Below, one piece after another: positions 27,501 to 41,460 of a stretch of DNA of 64,000 nucleotides. How positions within the stretch are numbered: position 1 is the stretch's first letter; each line of letters opens with the position of its first letter. The notes under the pieces were generated by a model, which saw only the letters and a program-made list of their open reading frames with translations, was not told the origin of the DNA and made no database searches. The position numbers and the translations under genes were made by a program. Source of the stretch: Octopus sinensis (taxonomy: Eukaryota); NCBI RefSeq assembly GCF_006345805.1, contig NC_043013.1, positions 30,504,001 to 30,568,000 on the forward strand, read 5' to 3'.

Positions 27501-29289
27501 ATATATATATATATATAATATATATATATATACACTTATTCACACATATACATATATATGAATGTATATGGCAAATGGAAAAAGGAAGATGGAATATGTG
27601 AGAAGTTATTATTAATCACGACAATTGTTTCGACACATCTATCATCGATCCGTCACGAGGGGGCATGCTCAACAGCTGGCACAGGAGCATCCTGCGGTGT
27701 AGGTGTATCTCATCGGGTGAGAAATAGACTCAACTCGTTCAAATAACTGTTCCGTAATGTAACTTCTCATTTTGTAGAAAGAAAAACAGCCAGTTGGAGG
27801 AAATATCTTTATTTATATAGAAGATCAAAAATAAAATCCCAGGTGGAAAAAAGGGAAACGAACGAACAATACAGTGAGAATATGATTTACAATAACCATT
27901 AACGAATAAGGATGTATAAACGCCCTCGGGCAAGCTGTATGGCGCGAGTACACTCACTCATACAAGCATCCGGGAAAATGTGGGCATATGCACACGAGAT
28001 TTGGTGCACTCATGATCATAAAGTGACTTAACTATCTACTTGGAGTTTGTAAGAATGACACGGTTAAGAGTAAACTTACGTCATCCATAGCTTAAAGTAA
28101 ATTATGTTAACAGTTACTCAGAATTCATTCCCACTGCTTCATGCGAAAATAATTTATATGCGTGTAGGCATCTCGAGAGTTTTTCAGAAATTCTATTAAT
28201 GATCTTTTCATTAGTCCACAGAATAGACAAGGATTCCTCGGAGCATGGTCAGCATCTCCTGGAAATTATATTAATGGTTTCGCGTGGCGTGCCTTACTAT
28301 GGACAATGTCTCTTATTGATTGTCTTAACGCTGACGACATGGTTATGATAACGAATCTGCCCACTGTAAACATACGGCCCTCCCTTTGTGGGCACAATAT
28401 ATTTATATACAAGATTTGTACTCATAAAAAGATACATCAATGGACATATTAATCTTTCCCTGCACGAGCATTTATCGTATTTATTTCTATGTAAGGCAGT
28501 CTCGACTCCATTTACCAACGTTGTTACCGTGTTAGCTGTATCATATTATTACTATTACAATTTGGCTGTAATTGGAGTTTTTCCTTGCGGTTTACATTTT
28601 TGTTAGTATTTAAATGCGTATGTTCGCTAGATCCAGTAGGTGTGCAGTTGAAACTTTGTCACATTTTGCTATTGTTTATGCGATGCATAAGCTGCTCTAA
28701 GTTAGAAGAGTTAGTGTAGGATACCTTAACAATCAGCCGATTAAAAAAAAGTTTAATACCGATTAGATGTAGCAAGGAAATTTCCAGCGATCTTGTTTGA
28801 AACGTGCGAACCGAAAATCAAATTCAACCAGCCGACATCATGATTCATATATCGGTTGTTAGGCTTATTTGATCGATTGAGTTGTCAAATGTGTCTATGA
28901 GTTTCATTGGTTGTTCATTGACATGATCAATTCTTCCCGACCTGTATTCTCTATCTGAGTGAGTTCTCAAACCGTGACGTTGTCATGGTGTAAAATGTGT
29001 ATTACAACTAGAAGAATTACCAGTATTGTGTATATATTTTGAATGCTCAACACCGCATTGATGGGTTTACTTCCTCTATTTATGAATTAAGGCTACCATT
29101 AGTTTCATGTTGAGAAAAGTAGAAAAATATCGTAGTGTCTTAACAAGTTTTCAAACTTTCCGTTTTGAAAAAGTAGTAGAAGTCTTAATTCACATTGATA
29201 GCATTCATTCACAAATAAAGAAATCATGTCTACCAATGCGGTGATGAGGACTTATTCTTATCGTTCGACATTTACACACACATACACTC

Positions 29290-29460
<171 letters not shown>

Positions 29461-29661
29461 ATCAATAATATTAAATTAATGATGGCTATTACGGAAACCT
29501 TTACTTTTGAATGCAAAACTTGATATTTTAGTTGTCAGGTAACTTATATCGACGTAAACTTTCGGTATTATGAATGAATGATGGTGGGCGGAGCATTCCG
29601 ATATTCAATCTGGAAAAAACCATCCGACGTTTATAATAATAATGGAACGTACTACCTCATG

Positions 29662-29706
<45 letters not shown>

Positions 29707-29725
29707 ATATTTATTTTATAGAAGG

Positions 29726-29776
29726 AGCTTCTACAGGACTAGAACTGTTTCATTCAAAAGAAATCATCAGGAAGCT
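29726..29776 (-). ncRNA. Type I hammerhead ribozyme, intact core
   Basis: Minus strand AGCTTC-CTGATGA-TTTC(TTTT)GAAT-GAAA-CAG(TTCTAGTC)CTG-TA-GAAGCT. Confidence 0.85.
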
Positions 29777-29823
29777 TCTTGATGATTTCTTTTGAATGAA
29801 ACAGTTCTAGTCTTGTAGAAGCT
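29773..29823 (+). ncRNA. Type I hammerhead, mirror copy with C3U core substitution (probably impaired)
   Basis: AGCTTC-TTGATGA-TTTC(TTTT)GAAT-GAAA-CAG(TTCTAGTC)TTG-TA-GAAGCT. Confidence 0.7.
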
Positions 29824-29907
29824 CCTTCTATAAAATAAATTAATTTACTCTGCTATGTATTGAGTACCTTATTTACTGTGGTTAACCCCGACTCAACCCG
29901 GGACCTA

Positions 29908-30011
<104 letters not shown>

Positions 30012-30293
30012 TAGGCCAAAAGTATTCATTAGATTATTCGTAACTTTTAGACTGCTGCTCTCATTACAGTTCATTTTCATAGTTTTCATGATATTCCTTG
30101 TACTAATATAAATATTTTCGAAAATATTCCTATTGACGGTTCCAAATCTTATATTACAAGTAACACGGTATGGAATATCTTTGATCTGGTTTTCTATTCT
30201 ATGAAATATAGTAAAACCTATGATAGAATGAAAGACTGATTTTGTGTGTCTTTAACCTGAAACCTAGTAACAATCCCTGTTATTAACATCGTT

Positions 30294-30369
30294 TGTTTAG
30301 TAGAACTGTTTTTGTTATAAAGAAAGTCGTCTGTTTAGTAGAACTGTTTTTATTATAAATAAAGTCGTC
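30294..30369. repeat. 38-bp tandem duplication (2 mismatches)
   Basis: tgtttagtagaactgttttt(g/a)ttataaa(g/t)aaagtcgtc twice. Confidence 0.92.
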
Positions 30370-31810
30370 CCTATCTTCTACCGGAATTTCATAACGGCAA
30401 TGCTGCGGTATTATTGTTCATGAGAGGACATTATGTGGTAACTCGCTATAATGTCTTTAGCTGTGCTACGGTCTCTATGACACATATATTCTTCCTATCG
30501 ACAATCTGTCGCAACATTTCAAAATCGTATCAAAACATATTTACTAGATATTATATTGAGCAGGGAATAAAAAATTGCTTCGCATTATTTTACTTTATCG
30601 AATTAGATATCCTTGTTCAATTGAACAGCCATTAAATGTTGACATTTGTTACATGATCCATTGTTAATGTCATGAATCACAATATTGCTTTCCTCTCTCG
30701 ACGAAAGTTCTTCAAAAACAAAAAAAAAAGAAGAAACGTCACTCAAGCAAAATATAAACATGATTTATGAATTGAACTCATTTCTCAGCATTAGTTAAAT
30801 AATTTCTTTTGTATTTGTTTCCATTAAAATCGAATGATTGATTATCGCATTTCAGAACTCCTATTCACTGCTGTTTACTGCATTTGAGAGAGTTACAGAC
30901 ATGTCATGTAATATGATATATTATCTGTAAATAAAATTATAATTATAGATGGAATATCGACAACATTAGTAGCAATTATAAGGAAATGATTAATATCTTG
31001 TGAAAAAAGTCACTTGATGAATTTAAATACCAAACCTTGATATACCCATCAGTTATTAAACCTTATATTTTCAGCACCACATCTTTGTTATTAATTATTT
31101 CTAAAACATCTTGAAATATTATTCAACAACGATTACTCTTATGATGATATTTCCAAACATTGACACATGTCTAGTAAATCTATTTCAATATGCGCACGCG
31201 AGGGTGTGCGTGTGTACGATTGAACCTAGCCTGTTGAACACATGAGATTCGACACATGAGTTAATGTATATAGAAAGTTTCAAGTTTTTCGTGGGATTTT
31301 ATATTAGAAAGTAAGTGAAAATATGTTCTATACTATCTAGAAAAGTGTTCTGCTGATTTTTGCAACCGATACTGTTCCTTGATTTAAATTTCATTCTTCA
31401 TAGTTAAATAAAATATTATGAAAACATTTGGTGATGGTTCAATATATTAATATCAATATTAATAAGGTTGCTCTGATAAAATAGATTCCCGTTCATTAGG
31501 TTTTTCATACAAGTTTTAATTAGTTGTGTGAAAACGCATATTTGACTGGAATAAAAATTATACTTCCTATAAATTCCCAGGTTATCTAATGTCGCCATGT
31601 TGAACATAGACAAGCAGAACTATTCTGAAAAAATTGACTTGCCAAAGAAGTTTAAGTTGAGCGGATATTAAAGAATGAAAACGGAAAACGTCTCGTCTTC
31701 TGTAAAGCTACTAACGAAATAATATAAAATTGAGTATATAATTATGCAGTATTTATTTAAATTGCAGCTTGTTGAAAGGCTATTGCATGTGCAATATTAC
31801 ACTGAACAAA

Positions 31811-32020
31811 GGCGGCGAGCTGGCAGAATCGATAGCACGCCGGTTGAAATGCTTAGCAGTATTTCGTCTCTCTTTATGTTCTGAGTTCAGATTCCGTCGA
31901 CGTTGCGTTTCATCTTTTCGAGGTTGATAAATTAAGTACCAGTTGTGTACTGGCGTCGGTCTAATCGACTTCCACCCTTCTAAAAAAAATTCAGGCCTTG
32001 TGATTATAGTTGGAAGGATT
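31811..32020 (+). mobile_element. Deu/Nin-domain tRNA-SINE
   Basis: Head ggcggcgagctggcagaatcgatagcacgccgg; central ttcatcttttcgaggttgataaattaagtacc. Confidence 0.85.
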
Positions 32021-32027
32021 ATTTAAG

Positions 32028-32255
32028 GGCGGCGAGCTGGCAGAATCGTTAGCACGCCGGGCGAAATGCTTACCGTCTGCCGCTACGTTCTCAGTTCAAA
32101 TTCCGCCGAGGTCGACTTTGCCTTTCATCCTTTCGGGGGTCGATAAATTAAGTACCAGTTACGCAGTGGGGTAGGTGTAATCGACTTAATACGTTTATCT
32201 GACCTTGTTTGTCCCCTCTGTTTTAGCCCCTTGTGGATAGGAAAGAAATAGGTAT
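32028..32255 (+). mobile_element. Deu/Nin-domain tRNA-SINE (best-preserved copy)
   Basis: ggcggcgagctggcagaatcgttagcacgccgggcgaaatgc...gttcaaattccgccgaggtcgactttgcctttcatcctttcgggggtcgataaattaagtacc; resembles the Deu/Nin domain. Confidence 0.9.
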
Positions 32256-32420
32256 TTCGTCTGTCTCTACGTTCTGAGTTCAAATTCCGCCGAGGTCGAT
32301 TTTTGCCTTTCATCATTTCCGGATCGATAATTTAAGTACCAGTCGCGTACTGAAGTCAATCTAATCGACTGGCCCCTCCCCCCAAATTTCGGGCCTTGTG
32401 TAGAAAAGGATATTCTTTTC
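32256..32420 (+). mobile_element. Deu/Nin-domain SINE, 5'-truncated
   Basis: ttctgagttcaaattccgccgaggtcgatttttgcctttcatc. Confidence 0.85.
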
Positions 32421-32469
32421 TACTCTATGCACAATACACGGAATTTTGAGGGAGTACGCAACAGGAACT

Positions 32470-32600
32470 TAATTTATCGACACCGAAAGGATGAAAGGCA
32501 AAGTCGTCCTTGGCAGAATTTGAACTGAGAACATAAAGACAGACGAAATACCGCTAAGCATTCCGTCCGGTGTGCTGTTTCACCCAGCTCACCACCCCAG
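32470..32600 (-). mobile_element. Deu/Nin-domain SINE, inverted
   Basis: Plus strand reads tttatcgacaccgaaaggatgaaaggcaaagtcg...tttgaactgagaac, the reverse complement of the family. Confidence 0.85.
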
Positions 32601-32787
32601 ATGAAAAAAAGAATATTAACATATTTTATACACGGGATATCAACTATAGGATTTCTATACGGTGACAGTCTGTTCTCGCTTCAGTCAGGAATATCATGCT
32701 TATGTTTTTGAATCGTTTATTGTACTCAGCTATATAAATACACACAAACATATACATGCATACACACACATACATATGTATATACAC

Positions 32788-32827
<40 letters not shown>

Positions 32828-33029
32828 CATACATAAATATATAAATATATCGGTGTTACAACAAACGATTTGGGATTCATCTTCATATATTTTCCATAGA
32901 AAGATGAAATCTCTCTGTGCATAAGAGACTGACTATCTGTATTATACAATGACTATAAAAAAATCCAGAAAATAATATAATGTCACATTATATACAGAGA
33001 GCAATTCAGAGAACAGATACATTTTAGAC

Positions 33030-33225
33030 AGGGCCTAAAATTCGCTGGGGAGGGACTTGTCGATTACATCCGCTGCAGTGTTTAACTGGTACTTAATTTA
33101 TCAACCCCGAAAGGATGAAATGCAAATTCGACCTCGGCGGAGTTTAAACTCAGAACACAACGGCAGACGAAATACTGCTAAACATTTCTCCTGGCGTGCT
33201 AACGATTCTACCAGCTCATCGTCTT
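33030..33225 (-). mobile_element. Deu/Nin-domain SINE
   Basis: Reverse complement matches the family head and domain. Confidence 0.85.
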
Positions 33226-33407
33226 AGATATATTTCATAATATCGTGTACCTTAAATAGGGAAGAGTAGAAGATAGATATGATTTACTTATATAGATGAA
33301 AATTGAAAACTTGTCTTTTTCGAACTTTCATAGTATCCTATATAGAAGGTTGAAGGAGAAACATACGTACATGCAAACATATATATATATACATATACAT
33401 ATATTTT

Positions 33408-33457
<50 letters not shown>

Positions 33458-34588
33458 GGCATAAATACATACACATAGGCATGCGCACACACAGACGTGT
33501 ATGTATGTTCACGCACACTCGCATTTAGGAGGAAACTCTAAGTGGCAGAATCGTTAGAACTTCCGATAAATTGCATTACAGTAATCATGTTTGAGAGGTC
33601 GTTAGGAAACAAAAGTATGAAATTAGGACCTGGATCATCGCTAACTTAAGTGCATCAAAAAATTTATCTTCCGGTGCTTTTGATTAATGGGTGAAATCCC
33701 AGTAAGATGTAACAGGTTGGAAAACGTAAACCACCTCCTATTTTAACACCAGTTCAGGTAACATTTGGGCACGACGGGTTGAAGGTTATCTAATTCCCGC
33801 GGAGGTCGTGAATATATAAGCAATGCCTTACCACGTTAAGTAAAAAATAAAGACATTGGTATTGTTGGAAACGCACCCAAAGCTCATATTTTGAGATAAG
33901 TGTACTAGCAAATTACACCAACACACCCACAAATTTTACACTTCACATAGTCTAGAACGTTTTATGTGCCCTAACATTAGATTATTTTCTGTAGTCAATA
34001 TAGGATAAAGGCTTATACTTGTACTTCCAAAATGTCACTCGCCATCTTCTCCTAGATCCTGTAAAACTCAGAAGTTTAAATATCGAAGGCTACGAAATCG
34101 TATTTCCCAAATATATCGGGAAAATGTGGGTAAATTGGTTTAATTGAAATTCAATCGCCACGGGTTCAGATGCATTTTGCCATTACTGGGGCTTATATGC
34201 CATAAAATTACATTTTTTAAACGTGTCTTTAACCTTATATATATATGTATATCATCCACCCTTATGGGTTAGCCATATTCAAATGGCAAATATGCAACAC
34301 GATGTGTTTCCGCTACTGTTTATAACTCGCTCTGAGATTTATCATATATATATATATTTATTTATAAATAGATAGATAAATAGACCGTACTTAGAAAAGG
34401 ATGCGTGGCGTTCCATCATATAATAATATAAATAATATATGAATATATGCATATATACATACATATATGTACATACCTACATATATATGTATATATACAT
34501 GCATATATGTGTACAGGAGATCAAAAAACGTTGAACACAATGAGAAACGAAAACATAAAAACAATAACATATATGTATGTATATATGC

Positions 34589-34659
<71 letters not shown>

Positions 34660-34860
34660 ATATATATATGGTATTAAAGTGTACAGAATGACACGACATA
34701 TTACAAAATATTTAATTAGCTATTGAAACTACTAAAACCGAAGAAAACGCACCAACTGTACTGGACGTGGGTATGATAGATGAAGCGAAATCAGAAAAAT
34801 ATTCTAGCTATAGTTTCTGTATTTTTTACTACATAAATTCCTACATACACTCGTACACAC

Positions 34861-34895
<35 letters not shown>

Positions 34896-35023
34896 TGTAT
34901 GTATGTATGTATGTATGTATGTATGTATATACGTATGTATGTATCTATGTATGTAGGTATGCATGTATGTATGTGTATATATTCACACGCGTATATATAA
35001 ATTTATAAAGTTTATATTTATAA

Positions 35024-35096
35024 TCTTACTGAAGAGCCAGCCTGAGTAAATAAATACTATTTTTATTACTGAATTTGGCGAAACTGCAGTATAAGA
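35024..35096 (+). ncRNA. Type I hammerhead ribozyme with palindromic minimal stem III, intact core
   Basis: TCTTA-CTGAAGA-GCCA(36 nt)TGGC-GAAA-CTGCAG-TA-TAAGA: 5-bp stem I, canonical G10.1-C11.1, ACTGCAGT palindrome as stem III, GUA triplet. Confidence 0.88.
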
Positions 35097-35258
35097 AAAG
35101 TTAAGTTTGTAAAAGTTTTTAATTTTCATCTCACTAAATTTATCCAGCTATTGTGTATCTAGTGCACTCTTCGCCTTGAATGTAATGATATATGTATAAT
35201 ATATGGCGTGTACTGGTACACCGGCGATTATAATTAATTTTATTGTATCGCATTTATC

Positions 35259-35317
<59 letters not shown>

Positions 35318-35746
35318 TGTATACGTGTGTTTGTGTTTGTATGTGTGAGAGTGTGTGTGTGTATGTGTGGTAATACATATTTGCGTCTTTTCGTGTTTCA
35401 GTAAATATTGTGAAAACACTGATGTGTAGAGGTATAACTCAAACATTTTCTAACACTTCTACATCGCAGGTGGTTATTTTGATATATGTCGTTAAAGTAC
35501 AGCTCTAAGTAATACGACTTAGCTATTAATTAGTAAAGATAAATGAATTATGTCAATTATTTGTGTATCTTCTTGTTATACGTAAACTTTTCTGTTGTAA
35601 ACTATGTTTATATTTAAATAGCTGATAGAAATTTAGAAAACAGTTAGAGCTTTAAATTTTATATATTGCAATACGAAATTAAGTTCTTTGAGATCTCTTT
35701 TCAAATGCTACTGGTAGAATGGTTGGTGCTCAATTTTGTCTTTCCT

Positions 35747-36146
35747 TTACTCTTTTACTCTTTTACTCTTTTTCTTGTTTCAGTCATTTGACTGCGGCCA
35801 TGCTGGAGCACCGCCTTTAATCGAGCAACTCGACCCCGGGACTTATTCTTTTGTAAGCCCAGTACTTATTCTATCGGTCCCTTTTGCCGAACCGCTAGGT
35901 AACGGGGATATAAACACACCAGCATCGGTTGTCAAGCAATGCTAGGGGGACAAACACACAGACGCATATACATATATACATATATACGACGGGCTTCATT
36001 CAGTTTCCGTCTACCAAATCCACTCACAAGGCTTTGGTCGGCCCGAGGCTATAGTAGAAAACACTTGCCCAAGTTGCTACGCAGTGGGACTGAACCCGGA
36101 ACCATGTGGTTGGTAAACAAGCTACTTACCACACAGCCACTCCTTA
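35747..36146 (-). mobile_element. CORE-like tRNA-SINE (same family as 15036-15436)
   Basis: High similarity to 15036-15436 throughout. Confidence 0.9.
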
Positions 36147-36948
36147 CGTCAATAAAACATGCAGAACTGTAGGATTACATGAACAGCATGGTTACCGTTT
36201 TGGCGTTGGAATTTAATCAGGTGAGGTTTATTTTATTAGTGGAAGTGTGGAAATATGAAGTGTACTTTAGAGTCCTTCCTAATCATGAGTCCTTCCTAAT
36301 CATGAGTTCAATTCAAGTGCACAGTATCTGGGGCATTTTATTCTATTACACACACACATACACACATAAGCACACACCCATGTGCGTATATCTAAATGTG
36401 TTTTCGTGTTTGTGTGTTTTTTTTGTCCTCTACCTTCGCTTCATAAGTGGTGCTGGTTTGTTTACGTTCTCATACCTTAGCGGTTCTGCTTCAGTAACCA
36501 ATAAAAACAATTACAAAACATTACAATAAGTACTGTATTCGATTTCTTTGCTTCAGCCATACAAGGAAGGTCCCCAGCATGGCCGCAGTCCAATGCCTGA
36601 TCGTAGTAACAAAAGAAAAGCAAAAGCGATCAGGTCGAGTGGGCGCATTGATGATCTTGCTTTGGCTCAAGGTATAAAAGTTTTGTACTGGCATCCATTC
36701 AAATGACGAAGAATCTTATCAATTGAAATTCTTGGCATGATTCCACTGCTAAAAATCAATATATGTAAGGGAATATGAATTATTTACAATAGTGAATTTG
36801 TCCTGATTTTGCTGTATAAATGTAGAGGATATGGAATTCACTATGTATAGTGTTGTTATATTATTATTATGAGCCTGGTGTTGATGCTTGAAGGCGGGAC
36901 AGACTGACCGCAATGGAAGATGAGGCGTTTTTTGTTTCTCATTGCCAG

Positions 36949-36991
36949 ATGCAGTGGATACATATTTTGAAACATTACCACAGCTCGCGAG
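36949..36991 (+). CDS. Candidate 43-nt internal exon, product unknown
   Basis: Strong acceptor ttttttgtttctcattgccag| and donor AG|gtgaga; open as xAVDTYFETLPQLAx. No recognisable homology. Confidence 0.3.
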
Positions 36992-37334
36992 GTGAGAAAT
37001 AGCATTTGGGGATCATCTGAAATATTACACAGCTGAAGTCGTGGCATTGTTGTACTGGATATCAAGTAGCGAGACAATACATTAACCTACTGCACGACTG
37101 AAATAGCATTGCTCGTAGTTGAGGTGAAATGATTAGCAATAAAGAAGAAACAGTTGTAGGGACGAAGAAGAGTTGCAGTGTTATTGATATAAGGACTGGT
37201 TTTGTATTCGATTCTACATCGATATCACATTCATACAGAAGAATAGTTACTCGTTTTAAATACCGCATTTCCTTAAAAGATAAGTAAACTGTTTCTTTTC
37301 TTTTCATGAAGGTTTTAAATTTTGATAGAGTGAC

Positions 37335-37515
37335 AGCAATTTTCAGAGAAGGGGGAATTGATTACATTGACCACAGTAATTGATTGGTATTTATTTTACC
37401 CTCCGGAAGGACGAAAGCCAGAGCCGACCTCGATGGGATTCTGAACTCAGAACGTACAGGCGGACGAAATACCACTAGTCATTTTGTCCGGTGTACTAAC
37501 GCTCCTGCTATCTTA
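37335..37515 (-). mobile_element. Deu/Nin-domain SINE, degenerate
   Basis: ccggaaggacgaaagccagagccgacctcgatgggattctgaactcagaacg on the plus strand. Confidence 0.75.
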
Positions 37516-37554
37516 TCATCTTTTATCCCTTCTATAATGATGAACATGATTTAC

Positions 37555-37790
37555 TTATTCGGGTGTTGAACTCATGATCGCAATGTTGTGGTTCCGATTG
37601 CTGGACTGGGCGATGCGTTGTGTTCTTGAGCAAAACACTTCATTTCACGTTGCTTCAGTCCACTCATCTGGTAAAACTGAGTAATCCTGCGACGGACCGT
37701 CGTCCCGTCCAGGTGGGGAATTTCTACGCCACTGAAACTGGAAACCGGCCATTATGAGCCTCACATGGCTCGAGAAGGAACGTTTATTTA
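37555..37790 (+). mobile_element. CORE-like tRNA-SINE (same family as 1868-2130)
   Basis: gttgtgttcttgagcaaaacacttcatttcacgttgc plus the shared tail ...ggctcgagaaggaac. Confidence 0.8.
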
Positions 37791-38798
37791 TATTGATGAA
37801 CAATTAAACCTAGAGTGTAAACGTAAAGTAACTAGATATTTTGTCTGGCACTGTGCTTAAATCAAACAGAATTTATAAAAGAATAAATGAATAAGCGGTA
37901 CAAGATCACACATCTAGGGCACGCAGTATGAGTGCGAAGAGATTTACATGACACTGGAAGTAAACGGGACTAGGCGTAGGAGTATTCACACTGCTAGAAA
38001 TAGAAACCTCCAAGGAATATCATATTATGTTAGGCAAAGGTGAGGCACATTAAAACGAATTTTACACAATAAACTTCAACGGTCGTCACTGCCATGGCTG
38101 ACCTGCGTCAATCAATAGCAAGAATAACACAGAATATTTTTAGTATTTCTAAAATGTTACTTTTAAATCTCTGTATTCACGTGGCTTGCATCACATCGAT
38201 TTTATGGAAATATACTTGATATTCCGAATTTTGAGATATTTCACGAATAGCATGATATATCTATTGTAATTAATAATAGAAAACAAGAACATTTAGTCTG
38301 CATAACGATTAAATTATATTTCATTGATGATATCTAATTGAGCCAGATGGAATATAATTAAATGCTAATAATCTCAATCTGATAGTGTTACTTAATTGAA
38401 ATAGGTACTTGCTTTTTAATTTGAAAACTCTGAACAAATCAATTTTATCATATCTTTGGGATTAAAATCTTAAAAATTAAAAATAATCTTCACGCTAACA
38501 TTTGAAATAATATATTTATAGATAGATAAGTCATTAAAAAATGATACGTGTATTTTTATAAAATACACATTTATACACTATATGCACTGATCCATGATCA
38601 TAATGTTCATGCAAATGTGTACCGATGCGAATCCATCTTTATATTGTTTCCTTGTTTTACGTAAAAACAAAATTTTCGAGAATAATGAAAACTGCTAGCT
38701 TCTAATCGGCCCCCAGCCATAAAAAACAAACATTTTCTTTAACATTAGTAACGCACACACACACCACACACACACACACACAACACACACAACACACA

Positions 38799-38914
<116 letters not shown>

Positions 38915-41295
38915 GTATATGTATATATATTTATTTATTTATTTTATATAATCAATACAAACATGATCAAGCAAGAAAAAGTAACAACGCGAGGGCATGG
39001 AATAAGTACAGTGTTATTGGACGCTCAGGAAAGGAAAGAAAAGAAAGGATTTCGAGCGAAACTCTTCAACAGTAATATAGAAAAAATACAAAGAAGGGAA
39101 GACGGAGAAAGAAAATCGCCAACGATACACACGCGGTCACATATTGAAATGAGCTGAAGAAAAAGTTATTTTAAAGACAGAAGAGTGCAAGAAAAGGAGG
39201 TATGTGTGTGTATGTGTGGGTTCATTTGCGTGTGCGTATGTGTTTGTGTGTGAGTGTGTATATATGTGTATACGTTTGAGTGCACGTGCGTGATATGTGT
39301 GTAAGTATATCTTACTCTCCTTTTAAACGATGATGATGTGTACAAAGTTCATGGAATCCGATAGAAAGTATATAAGAATTTAATATATAATTATATTAGA
39401 ATATAAAATTATATAAGAATTTAATTTTTATAATGATTTAATTACAATTATATAATAATTTAATATTTAATTATATAAGAATATATAATTATGTAAGAAC
39501 TTAATTTTTATAATGTTTTATAAGAACTCAATACTTGGTAACATAAATTATGTGATATTGTGTAACAAGCAAAATTCTGAAAGCCCAAAATGTTTTCGAC
39601 ATTATTCGACATTTTGTTTTTTACCTTCAATAAGCAGTGTAGTTAGTGCGAAGGTAAAATTTTCCATCGAACATTGTCCACACATAAATCAGTTATGAAG
39701 AGAAAGGCATTTACTCAATTAGTAGCATTGAGATTTACTCACTGATGTTGCGGAAGCTACTCTATCTAGAACTCTAATTAAGTAAGAATGAATGGGAATG
39801 ACAAAGTGGTGTCATAAGGTTTGAGCTAACTAATTTGTGCAATAGATTGATTTCCATATTACTCGACTTCTGTAACATTGTCACCTTAATCATGCGTTCG
39901 TATCAATTGGTTATTGAAATTATTCTTCTATTACCGCACCCATTATCCTGATTTTAATTGCTTCAAATCATTGCAATGCCCCCTTTCTTAAGGTAAACCA
40001 TGAAGGAGGTATGGTACCCAAATTATAGGTGTTTAGGAAATACATTGCATAGCTGCGCAGAGTGGATTCCTCACGATAGCCGTCAATGATTTCTGTATTT
40101 TCTCTTCACTACGCACTCCGCTAGTTTCTTCATTTATAGCTAGAATATTATCACTCGTTTGTGATAGTAACTGCGAAGTCAGTACATTTTTAAGGCTTGA
40201 AAATTTATAATTTTACCTTGCAAACACAACACTATTTGGGCGTTAGGTTTCAGATAAGTATCCAAGCACAATACGGGTGTCTGTTGCCTTAAAGCACATG
40301 AATGAAAAGCCACTCAGCCAAGAGTTTCATATGTGTGTAGTCTTGTATTCATGGTAAATTTCCACTTCATCACAAATGTTTAAATTGTATTAGAGATTCT
40401 TCGCTCTAGGCAGCACAATTATGTTTAAAAGTACACACTAAAAAAATCCGTAATGTTATTACAAGTGCACATAAATGGAACGTAATATTTACACAAAAGG
40501 TTGGATTAGGTTAAAAAACATTCCTGTAACGTACGTTCAAGAGCTTCATACACATTGACTTATACTTGTAGTACCTGATCCAAAAAGATGAAACCACAGG
40601 CAATAATCATATTGCTTATTTTATAGCTGACAACAATAGAGGAAGCATAATGTGACTCTATGAAACTGGATTATGGTAAATTGAATGAGCTCCACAAGAA
40701 TCTGGTAGGAGACGGGTAGGAATCCTGCCGATGCAGCACTGAAGACTGTTTGATCAAAGATTTTACCACTTACTACGCTTTCGCCTGATTTTCAATATTT
40801 CACCCCAGAATCATTAGAGATATCAGCAAAGAAATATTTGAGCACCATTTATTGCTTTGATTGTCAACATTAATTTTATTAATATTTCACGAAGCCGTAA
40901 TGTTATAACGAACATCGCTCTAGACTAAAGTGTTGTGCATATTTTAAAGCCAGTCATCAATGAGCAGTATTTATTTTCAGAAATGGACACATCACAATCT
41001 TCACGTCCGACTACGAACATAATGGCAATTATAGAATCTACATGTTAGCTTTTTGCATGAAAGTTTATACTAACACTCATGAATTGATTTTATTGTGTAA
41101 GTCTCAGATTGCCAATTATTTATGTTTTTCTCATATAACAATTTAGAAAAAGCAATTAAAACTGTTTGCTCAAATGGCTTCTATGAAGCATATATGAAGT
41201 AATATCAATATTCCTGGAAAATGTTAAAATACACTGTCTACAAATGCAATGCAGGTGAAATTCAAGTACCATTTAATTTCATAGGATTTCACTGT

Positions 41296-41460
<165 letters not shown>

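Larger units (their letters stand above)
29709..29840. repeat. 132-bp palindrome (66-bp arms, 2 mismatches) centred on AAGCTT
   Basis: Base-by-base pairing; mismatches only at 29736/29813 and 29770/29779 (both G vs T). Confidence 0.97.

Noticed and set aside
34735-34800. CCGAAGA...GCGAAA spacing
   Set aside because: No pairing for stems I-III.
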